Positions 48,365 to 56,399 of a stretch of 64,000 bases of DNA are shown piece by piece. The notes beneath the pieces were generated by a model. It was given only the letters and a program-made list of their open reading frames with translations, made no database searches and was not told where the DNA came from. Position numbers and translations under genes: made by a program. Each line of letters starts with the position of its first letter. Within the stretch, counting starts at the first letter, position 1. This DNA is from Candidatus Aenigmatarchaeota archaeon. GTDB taxonomy: Archaea; Aenigmatarchaeota; Aenigmatarchaeia; QMZP01. The stretch spans positions 4,975-68,974 of the forward strand of contig DAOVCJ010000002.1 of assembly GCA_030670085.1 (NCBI GenBank), written 5' to 3'.

Positions 48365-49447
48365 ATGTCAAATAAGGGAGACGACTTGGACAGATTGGAC
48401 AAGGTCGTCCAACCAAAAGAATCGAATGACGACTTGGTCAAATCAGATAAAGTCGTTCAACCAAAGGAATGGCCTGTTGCAGAGGGAAGGTACAAAGTGG
48501 GAAATAAGGATTCCCCGATTGCAGTGTGTACAATGGCATCTGTTGAGATGAATATGCCCATGGACAAGATCGCAATCATTGGAAAATGTGTGACCGAGAA
48601 CTTAGGGGTAGAGAAGATAATAAAGAACACGATATCAAACCCGAAAATAAGATACTTGATATTCTGCGGCAAGGAATCGCACGGACATTTCGTGGGCCAG
48701 GCTATGAAGTCCCTGAAGGAAAACGGAGTAGACGGGGAGAAGAGAATCATCGGAGCAAAGGGAGGCATGCCTGTTCTAAAGAACCTTGAGATGGAGGAGA
48801 TAGAGAGGTTCAGGGAACAGGTAGAACCGATTGATATGGCAGACGAGACAGACACTGCAAAGATACTGGCAAAGGTTAATGAGCTGTTTGAAAGGAACCC
48901 AGGGCCATTCGAAGGAGGGAGTATGGAGACAGAAGAAGAGGTAAGGGAGACCAGGGCAGAGTTCCACCCTATCGCCGAATGGATGAAGGATCCAGAGGGC
49001 TTTTTCACAATATACCCAAATGCGGAGAGAGAGGAGATAGTTGCTGAACACCACGACAACGAAGGCAAGATGAAGAGCAGAATCTTTGGGAAATCAGCAG
49101 AAGACATATACCACCATATAATAAAAAACAACCTGGTTTCCAGGTATGACCACGCAGCCTACTTGGGAAGGGAGCTTGCAAAAGCAGAGCTTGCGATGAG
49201 AAACCAGCTGGACTATGAACAGGACGCTGATTTAAAAACCATGAAACAGAATAATGAACAAACAGAGCCAACGGTTCCCAGAGAGCCGGAAATTTCCAGA
49301 CCACTTCCCCCAAAACCAAAAAAACCGAAAGGTAGGTTTCTCACCTACATCAAGGGGGGAAGGGAGATCGCAGTGGAGGACTTTACAAGACAGGACAATG
49401 AATTCAGGGCTCTTCTCAGGGAAAGAGGAATGTCAAGAATATTTTAG
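48365..49447 (+). CDS. MtrA-like corrinoid-binding domain fused to DUF4346-like domain
   Basis: WPVAEGRY, IAVCTMAS, TENLGVEKII.N.ISNPKIRY, CGKESHGH.VGQ, RIIGAKG; then DPEGFF, HAAYLGRELAKAE, YEQD. Confidence 0.85.
   Translation: MSNKGDDLDRLDKVVQPKESNDDLVKSDKVVQPKEWPVAEGRYKVGNKDSPIAVCTMASVEMNMPMDKIAIIGKCVTENLGVEKIIKNTISNPKIRYLIFCGKESHGHFVGQAMKSLKENGVDGEKRIIGAKGGMPVLKNLEMEEIERFREQVEPIDMADETDTAKILAKVNELFERNPGPFEGGSMETEEEVRETRAEFHPIAEWMKDPEGFFTIYPNAEREEIVAEHHDNEGKMKSRIFGKSAEDIYHHIIKNNLVSRYDHAAYLGRELAKAELAMRNQLDYEQDADLKTMKQNNEQTEPTVPREPEISRPLPPKPKKPKGRFLTYIKGGREIAVEDFTRQDNEFRALLRERGMSRIF
48380..48457 (+). repeat. Two tandem in-frame hairpin elements (48-nt period) in CDS N-terminus
   Basis: GACGACTT-GGACAGATTGGACA-AGGTCGTC, linker CAACCAAAAGAATCGAAT, GACGACTT-GGTCAAATCAGATA-AAGTCGTT. 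Confidence 0.85.
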
Positions 49448-49478
49448 AGATTTGAATTGGAAATCAAGGGTGGTGAGA

Positions 49479-50273
49479 ATGGAGAATGAGAACAAGGAGA
49501 ATGCAAGTAAGAATCCTTATCAGCCCCTCATAGTCAGGGGTAAAAATCTAGGTGAGGCATGGGAGAATGCGGTAAGAGCAATGATGCAGAAGGGGTATGA
49601 CAGGTTCGTGAAGGCACCTGAATACCAGACATGGACAAAGGATTCCCCAATGTTCATAATGGTTTCGGATCCATTTGCAGATCCAAGATTCTCTCCAAAG
49701 GCCCCGCTCACGCAGGACATGGCGGATGAGTATGCAAGGAACCTGGTCAACGGGATGCCAAAGGAGAAAGAGAATTCGTTCGATTACACGTATTACTCAA
49801 GGCTGAGGCATTACCCGGACTGCCTGATAAGGGCGGGCATGCCTGCTGTCTCGGATGAGCATGAGATCAAGGACTATATAAGAAAGGTTTCAGGAGGCAA
49901 GTGCATTGTGCAGAGAATAGACCAGGTGGAGAAAGCGATCGAGATATTCAAGAAGGACCCGACCAGGAGGACAGTGGTAATGCATACTTGGATTCCCATG
50001 CGGGACCTGGCAAAGTTCACGCCAGAGAGGAAAGACACATCATCGCCCTGCCTTGTTCTGGCCCATCCGCAACTGGTTGAGGAAAAACTCCACCTCAACG
50101 TTGTGATGAAGACCAACGACCTCTATTCAGCCTGGCCTGGCAACGCCTATGCATTCACTGCTCTGCAGAAGTATATGGCAGACAAGATAGGTGTTGGGGT
50201 CGGTCACTACACACACTTCTCCATTGCCATGCAGGTGTACCAGGAAGTTTATGAAGCTGCAAAAATGGTTTAG
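49479..50273 (+). CDS. Archaeal-type thymidylate synthase-family protein (divergent)
   Basis: FDYTYYSRL, IDQV, PTRR, PCL catalytic Cys, KTND..SAWPGN. Confidence 0.85.
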   Translation: MENENKENASKNPYQPLIVRGKNLGEAWENAVRAMMQKGYDRFVKAPEYQTWTKDSPMFIMVSDPFADPRFSPKAPLTQDMADEYARNLVNGMPKEKENSFDYTYYSRLRHYPDCLIRAGMPAVSDEHEIKDYIRKVSGGKCIVQRIDQVEKAIEIFKKDPTRRTVVMHTWIPMRDLAKFTPERKDTSSPCLVLAHPQLVEEKLHLNVVMKTNDLYSAWPGNAYAFTALQKYMADKIGVGVGHYTHFSIAMQVYQEVYEAAKMV

Positions 50274-50282
50274 AGGGATGGA

Positions 50283-50846
50283 ATGATTTTACCAGACCAC
50301 GAGATCAGGAAACTGCTTAAAGAGGGAAGGATAGTCATAGAACCCCTGGACGAAGACGTTCAGATACAGCCTGCAGGTGTTGACCTGAGGCTCGGGAACG
50401 AGTTCAGGATTTTCAAGGCAACGTCCCTCCCCTACATAGACACCAGAAAGAAACCAGAGAACTATACCGATACCATAAAGATCAGTGATGACCAACCATT
50501 TATCATACACCCTGGAGAGTTCGTTCTTGGAACAGTTATGGAGTACATGAAGATACCCAGCGATCTCATGGGCTCTGTTGACGGAAGGTCATCTCTGGGA
50601 AGACTGGGGATAGCCATACATGCAACCTCGGCATCCATAAACCCGGGCTGGGAGGGAAGGTTCGTTCTGGAGATAACCAACATTGGAAGAGCGCCTGTCG
50701 CGATATACCCAGGCATGCGTATCGCCAAACTAACCCTCCACAAACTCTCCTCACCAGCAGAGAAACCATACGGCTCCGGAAGAAAGCATAAGTACCAGAA
50801 ACAGGAAGAAATCTCCCAGAGCAGAATTCATGAAGAAGGAGATTAA
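50283..50846 (+). CDS. dcd: dCTP deaminase
   Basis: QIQPAGVDLRLG, GRSSLGRLG, PGWEG, LEITN, KYQKQ. Confidence 0.95.
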   Translation: MILPDHEIRKLLKEGRIVIEPLDEDVQIQPAGVDLRLGNEFRIFKATSLPYIDTRKKPENYTDTIKISDDQPFIIHPGEFVLGTVMEYMKIPSDLMGSVDGRSSLGRLGIAIHATSASINPGWEGRFVLEITNIGRAPVAIYPGMRIAKLTLHKLSSPAEKPYGSGRKHKYQKQEEISQSRIHEEGD

Positions 50847-50912
50847 GAGTCAATATCCTACATTTTTAAATACTTATTATATTAATTAACCAAATAAAGA
50901 AAGGGGATTGCT

Positions 50913-51434
50913 ATGGCATTGAGACCCGCGAAGTGCTACAAAAAACTGGAAAGGCCTTACACAAGGCAGAGCAGGAGAAAACCCAGAAGAGGCTATGTCA
51001 AGGGGGTTCCTGATTCAAAGATACGCAAGTTCGAGATGGGGGAAGCGAAAAAGGATTTCTCCTTGAAGGCATTCCTGGTTTCGAATCAGGGAGTCCAGAT
51101 AAGACACAATGCCCTCGAGGCCGCAAGGGTTACAGCGAACAAGTACCTGGACAACACCATTGGGAAGGAAAATTATTTCCTGAAAATTCTTGTTTATCCC
51201 CATCATGTTCTTAGAGAGAATAGGCTTGCAACAGGAGCGGGAGCGGATAGATTCCAGACAGGAATGAGGAAGGCCTTTGGAAAACCGATAGGAACAGCAG
51301 CAAGGGTAAGGCCCGGTCAGAACCTTATGGAGGTAAGGCTGGATTCCTCAAAGCAGAAATTCGCAAAGGATGCTCTCAGAAGGGCATCAGCCAAGTTCCC
51401 CACAACATGCAGAGTAATCTACGAAAAGATATAG
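50913..51434 (+). CDS. rpl10e: 50S ribosomal protein uL16 (L10e)
   Basis: QIRHNALEAAR, YPHHVLREN, GADRFQTGMRKAFGKP. Confidence 0.97.
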   Translation: MALRPAKCYKKLERPYTRQSRRKPRRGYVKGVPDSKIRKFEMGEAKKDFSLKAFLVSNQGVQIRHNALEAARVTANKYLDNTIGKENYFLKILVYPHHVLRENRLATGAGADRFQTGMRKAFGKPIGTAARVRPGQNLMEVRLDSSKQKFAKDALRRASAKFPTTCRVIYEKI

Positions 51435-51465
51435 ATTCTTAATTCTTTCAGAACCAGCAAAGGGA

Positions 51466-51912
51466 TTAGCCAAAGCTGGGGATGAATCCCATCACAACAC
51501 CAGTCAGCAAAGGCAGGGCAAAGAATGATATCAGATAGAATATTATCCCAACCGCTATCGCATGCAGAATACTCAGTTCCCCAAAGAACGCCTTGATGAG
51601 CAATATCCATATTAGGAGCGGGAGAATCATGAGCAGGTAGGGGACTGGAGCTATGTAGGGTAGCAGAAAGCCCATTATCCCGAGATTGGTTATCAGGTTG
51701 ACCACAAGAACAGCCAGGAATGCGTTCCCTGGCCTCACGGGTTCCTTGAATTTCTTGCTGAAAATCTCCAGGATTACAATTAGGACTATTCCCCCTATTA
51801 TGGTTGCCAGGATGAGGTTTATGGCAAGTCCTATCCAGTAGGTGTATGCTTGGGACGTCGCAAGACCATAGATTGCCTCCAAGTCAAAGAAATTCGATGG
51901 GAATTCAACCAT
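51466..51912 (-). CDS. Hypothetical membrane protein
   Basis: About 4 TM helices. Confidence 0.75.
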   Translation of the reverse strand: MVEFPSNFFDLEAIYGLATSQAYTYWIGLAINLILATIIGGIVLIVILEIFSKKFKEPVRPGNAFLAVLVVNLITNLGIMGFLLPYIAPVPYLLMILPLLIWILLIKAFFGELSILHAIAVGIIFYLISFFALPLLTGVVMGFIPSFG

Positions 51913-51949
51913 ATTTATTTATTGTCCCTCTTCTCTTTTAAATGGACTT

Positions 51950-53140
51950 CTACGTTACATCCTTCTTTATTATATCTCCAGGCATGGTATTTTTTCCAGG
52001 CCATATCTTTCTTCCCGGATAAATAGATGTGTTTATTCCTGTGCGAACACCATCGCCTATAACAGTCCCGAACTTCTCCCTCTCTGTATCGATTAGCTCA
52101 TTCTTTACATGGGTTTTTACGCTTTCCCTGTCATGCTTCAGGTTTGCAGCCATGTTCCCTCCCCCAACGTTCACATCAAAACCCAGTATGGAGTCTCCGA
52201 AGTAGGAGAGGTGACCTATCTTTGTGTTGTCCATGATGATGCAGTTCTTTATCTCCACAGCGTTCCCTATTCTGCAGTTGTTCCCGATCGAAGTGAAAGG
52301 CCTTATGTAGCAGTTCGGTCCAATCGAACAGTTCTCCCCTATCACAACAGGACCCTCGATATAGGATCCGTTCTTTATCACAGTACCCTTCCCGATTGAG
52401 ACGCTCCCCTTTATGGTTGCATTCGGCTCAACTTCACCTTCGACGTGAGAAACATTCATCTCCTTGAGTAGCTTCTCGTTGACATCCAGAAGGTTCCAGG
52501 GGTACCCGATAGGTAGCCATTTCCCATTGGAAACCACGTAATTCACTTCTACTTCCTTTGCAAAGGAATTGACAGCTTCGTTGAACTCATACTCCCCTCT
52601 TTCTGATTTCTTGATCTTTTTTATCTCAGCAAATATTCTGTTGTCAACAACGTACAGGCCACAGTTCGCTATATCTGAGATGAACTTCTTTGGTTTCTCA
52701 GCAAAATCCTTGATTTTGTTGTCCTCAACAATCCATACACCAAACCTCGAAGGATCCTTCATCTTCTCAACGAGAAGGGAGTAATCATAATCCAGAACAT
52801 CCTTTATGTTGTCCTTGTGGTATATATCATCCCCGTTCATAACAAGGAACCTGCCCTTTACGTAATCCTCTGCAGGAAGAACAGCATGGCCTGTTCCCAG
52901 TTGATCCTTTTGCTCCACATAGGTCATCTTAATACCCTGAAACTTCTTTCCGAAATAATCTTCTATCATCTCTTTCCTGTACCCAACGATGATTATTGCC
53001 TCATCGATAAACCCCTTCAGGCTTTCCAGGTTGTGCTGAAGAATTGGCTTGTTGGCAACCGGTAGTAGAACCTTTGGCCTGGTCAAAGTCAAGGGATACG
53101 TCCTGGTCGATTTCCCAGCAGCAAGAATTACAGCCTGCAT
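51950..53140 (-). CDS. glmU: Bifunctional sugar-1-phosphate nucleotidylyltransferase/acetyltransferase (GlmU-type)
   Basis: ILAAGKSTR..PLT..RPK, QLGTGHA, hexapeptide repeats, HLSYFGDS. Confidence 0.92.
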   Translation of the reverse strand: MQAVILAAGKSTRTYPLTLTRPKVLLPVANKPILQHNLESLKGFIDEAIIIVGYRKEMIEDYFGKKFQGIKMTYVEQKDQLGTGHAVLPAEDYVKGRFLVMNGDDIYHKDNIKDVLDYDYSLLVEKMKDPSRFGVWIVEDNKIKDFAEKPKKFISDIANCGLYVVDNRIFAEIKKIKKSERGEYEFNEAVNSFAKEVEVNYVVSNGKWLPIGYPWNLLDVNEKLLKEMNVSHVEGEVEPNATIKGSVSIGKGTVIKNGSYIEGPVVIGENCSIGPNCYIRPFTSIGNNCRIGNAVEIKNCIIMDNTKIGHLSYFGDSILGFDVNVGGGNMAANLKHDRESVKTHVKNELIDTEREKFGTVIGDGVRTGINTSIYPGRKIWPGKNTMPGDIIKKDVT

Positions 53141-53160
53141 AGAATCCTTTTAACCCCTCC

Positions 53161-54945
53161 TTATTTAACCGTTACGGATTTCGCAAGGTTCTTCGGATAA
53201 TCCGGGTTGCATCCCCTGAGGACTGCCAGGTGATAGGCAAGAATCTGAACAGGTATTATGTTAACAATCGGTGAAGCGTCTCCAACGTCAGGGACCCTTA
53301 TCCAGTAATCAAAAACCTCGTTGTTCTCCGGGGCAACACCTATTATATATCCGCCCCTGGATTTTATCTCCATTGCATTACTTATGACATCATTCTTGAC
53401 CTCGTCCTCTGCAACCAACGCTATACAGGGGGTTCCCTTGTCTATCAGAGCAAGGGGACCGTGTTTCAGTTCGCCGCCAGCAAAGCCCTGCGCGTGTATG
53501 TAGCTGACCTCCTGGATTTTTATCGCAGATTCCAGGGCCATCGGGTAGTTCAGGGACCTCCCTATTATGTATAAATTATCCTTCCTATGGATTTTCTTAG
53601 CCAGTCTTCTGATATGCTTTTCATACCTCGGGTTCAGCATATCATTTACCTTTGATGCGGTTTCTATGAGGAGGCGCTTGCCCTCATTAAGCTTCCCTGC
53701 GCATGCATATGCAAGGAGTGTAATGAGGGCAAGCTGAGAGGTAGCTGCCTTTGTAGAAGCAACCGCTTTTTCAGGACCGGCATTGATAAGGAACGAGTAG
53801 TCTGACTTTCTGTCGAGGGAGGACCCCATCACGTTAACCAGCGAAATAATCTTGACTCCTTTTTTCTTCGCTGACTCTATCGCTTCTAAAACATCAGCGG
53901 TCTCCCCTGACTGTGAGACCGCAATGAGCAGGGTCCTGTCTGTCAGAAAGTGATGATAATTAGGGAACTCCGAGGAAACGGTGAAGTTGATGTGCTTACC
54001 AGCGACTTTTGAGAAGATATATTCACCTGCCAGGCACACGTTCCCGGCTGTCCCGCATCCGGTGAAGAACGTCCCGAAGGCGTTGTTTATTTCCTTCGCC
54101 ATGCTCTCGATACTCTTCTCATCCTGGCTGAGTGCCCTCATTATCGTATCCTTCTGCTCCATTATCTCCTTCAGCATGAAATGCTCAAACCCGTTCTTCT
54201 CTGCCTGACCGGCTTCCCAGCCAATGTTTATCAACCGCTTCTCAACGTCTTCCTTCCCTTCAAGGTTGTGGAATTTTATACTCCTTTTGTTTTTGTCTAT
54301 AATAACCATCTCATCATCATCCAGGTACATAACGTTGTTGGTGTGATCCAGGAAAGCAGGTATGTCCGACGCCAAGAAATATTCTCTCTTATCAGAATCC
54401 TTTATCCCTACTATAAGTGGCGAACCTCTCCTTACCCCTATCATTTTATCAGAATTCCTACTCAAGGCAACTATCGCGTACCTTCCCTTCAATCTCCCTA
54501 CTGCTTCCTTGACCGCTTCCTCAAAACCCAGTTCTGCGAACTCCTCGATAAGGTGTGGAATTATCTCTGTGTCGGTATCGGATTTGAAAGTATGACCATT
54601 CCTTTTCAGCTCGCTTTTCAGCTCCTGATAGTTCTCTATTATACCATTGTGAACAACCAAGAAGTTTCCCTTACAGTCAAGATGGGGATGGGAGTTTTCT
54701 TCAGAAGGGATCCCATGGGTTGCCCATCTGGAATGTCCCACACCCATGAAACCGGGCAACATCTCGGGAAAGGATTCAAAACTCGCATCGCTTATCTTTC
54801 CCTTATCCTTTTTTACAAAGAACTCGTTGTTGTGAAGGGTAGCGAATCCGTAGGAATCGTATCCCCTGTACTCTAACCTCTTGAGAGATTCAAATATCAC
54901 AGGGGCAGCTACTGTGTCACCGATATAGCCAACAATACCGCACAT
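53161..54945 (-). CDS. glmS: Glutamine-fructose-6-phosphate aminotransferase
   Basis: MCGIVG, EYRGYDS, RWATHG, SQSGETAD, NLAKSVTV. Confidence 0.98.
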   Translation of the reverse strand: MCGIVGYIGDTVAAPVIFESLKRLEYRGYDSYGFATLHNNEFFVKKDKGKISDASFESFPEMLPGFMGVGHSRWATHGIPSEENSHPHLDCKGNFLVVHNGIIENYQELKSELKRNGHTFKSDTDTEIIPHLIEEFAELGFEEAVKEAVGRLKGRYAIVALSRNSDKMIGVRRGSPLIVGIKDSDKREYFLASDIPAFLDHTNNVMYLDDDEMVIIDKNKRSIKFHNLEGKEDVEKRLINIGWEAGQAEKNGFEHFMLKEIMEQKDTIMRALSQDEKSIESMAKEINNAFGTFFTGCGTAGNVCLAGEYIFSKVAGKHINFTVSSEFPNYHHFLTDRTLLIAVSQSGETADVLEAIESAKKKGVKIISLVNVMGSSLDRKSDYSFLINAGPEKAVASTKAATSQLALITLLAYACAGKLNEGKRLLIETASKVNDMLNPRYEKHIRRLAKKIHRKDNLYIIGRSLNYPMALESAIKIQEVSYIHAQGFAGGELKHGPLALIDKGTPCIALVAEDEVKNDVISNAMEIKSRGGYIIGVAPENNEVFDYWIRVPDVGDASPIVNIIPVQILAYHLAVLRGCNPDYPKNLAKSVTVK

Positions 54946-55179
54946 GGATCATCCTGCTGAAGGTTTAACTTCTCCGAGTGTGACTCGCTCTTTCTGTCAC
55001 CACTCACTGAAGTAGTGTTCACTTAGTTTACTCTTCCCCTGTCCTATATAAACGCTTTATTGAGAATTTCATCAGAAACCTGCATGGGAATTCCCTCAAA
55101 GAGGGCATATACTTATAAATATTATTATGAAATTTATTATAATATTAAAATAAAATTAAAATCAAAATCCGGTGAATGC

Positions 55180-56121
55180 ATGGAAAAGGGAAAGGATTTT
55201 CTGCTGAGGAGCAATGGGAAGAGACATACCATGGTACCCATAAGGCTTTTCGATAAACCAGAGAACATGAAAGTTTTTTCAAGTCAGCTGGGGTGGAGGA
55301 TTTTCCAGAAGTTCTCTGAGCCCTCATGTCCAATAGATGTTGCAAGGGAGCTGGGCGTACATGAGCAGAAGGTTTACTACTACATAAACAAGTTCAAAAA
55401 TGCAAAACTCATAAAGGAAGTCAAGTCAGAGCCCAGGCACGGGACCATCGCAAAATTCTACCAGATAAAGGATTTCGCATTCGGTCTTAGGCTGGATAAT
55501 ATCCCGGCAGAGACCGAGTTGAAGATTCACTCCCCGGTTCATGTGAAGTCCCTGGAACCGTTCATAGTTGACGGGAACCTGAATGCGAAGATTATTGTTG
55601 GTTCACCCGATCCCCATGGTCCATGGAAAGCTCGCGCTTCAGATTCCTGCTGTGCGATAGATTTTGCACTCTTTATAGGGGCGTTTACCAGGGGAAAGCA
55701 GGTCCCGAACTATAAGCTGGATACTGAGATAAGGGAGAAGGATTTGAAGGGAAACCTCATACTCTTCGGTGGACCTACAGTAAACATGGTGACCAGGAAA
55801 ATAAACAAGGAACTTCCGATATTCTTTGAGATGAAGAGGGACCTTAGGAGAATAAGATCAGAGCTTTCTGGGAAAATCTACAGTGATGATGAGTGCGGTC
55901 TGATTGAGATAGCGGACAATCCGTGGGACAAGAAAGGAAAGGTTTTGATACTGGCAGGGAAGAGGTTCCATGGAACCAGGTCTGCTGTCCTCGCATGGGT
56001 AAAGCACATGGAAAAAATCATGAAGGGAAACAAATTCAACCCAAAGGTCATCGCGAAGGTTGTCAGGGGCTATGACATGAACGGTGATGGAATCATAGAT
56101 GATGTGGAAATATTGGAATAG
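55180..56121 (+). CDS. Winged-helix regulator fused to S-layer-type alpha/beta domain
   Basis: PIDVARELGVHEQKVYYYI HTH; NLILFGGPTVN...LILAG...GT; C-terminal DMNGDG. Confidence 0.8.
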   Translation: MEKGKDFLLRSNGKRHTMVPIRLFDKPENMKVFSSQLGWRIFQKFSEPSCPIDVARELGVHEQKVYYYINKFKNAKLIKEVKSEPRHGTIAKFYQIKDFAFGLRLDNIPAETELKIHSPVHVKSLEPFIVDGNLNAKIIVGSPDPHGPWKARASDSCCAIDFALFIGAFTRGKQVPNYKLDTEIREKDLKGNLILFGGPTVNMVTRKINKELPIFFEMKRDLRRIRSELSGKIYSDDECGLIEIADNPWDKKGKVLILAGKRFHGTRSAVLAWVKHMEKIMKGNKFNPKVIAKVVRGYDMNGDGIIDDVEILE

Positions 56122-56324
56122 ATGCCCATTTAGTGCCAATTTTACATATTTTTCTATTTTATTATAAAAATTAAAAATAAACTCTAAAAATGATTTTGGA
56201 ACAATTTAAAAAATAAATAGTATTTTATCTAATATTTCGGTAAGATCTGACATTATAAATATCTGTTCATGAAACTGTTTCACTATAGTTATATATACCA
56301 AGAGAGACTAACAATTGTATATCA

Positions 56325-56378
56325 ATCGTCTCGGATGCCTAGGTATGTCCATGGCGTATTCTGGGTATTTGGGATGAT
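56325..56378 (+). promoter_or_regulatory. G-U-rich 5' UTR hairpin of S-layer mRNA
   Basis: 25-bp stem with 9 G-U pairs, starting about 28 nt after TTATATATA. Confidence 0.65.
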
Positions 56379-56399
56379 GTTTTAAAATTGGAGGAAAAA

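Noticed and set aside
48365..49447. Evidence of methanogenesis from MtrA
   Set aside because: No membrane anchor and no other mtr or mcr genes in the window; the context is nucleotide metabolism.
54946..55050. glmS ribozyme upstream of glmS
   Set aside because: Only weak hairpins; the AGCGCC..GACGAGG core is absent.
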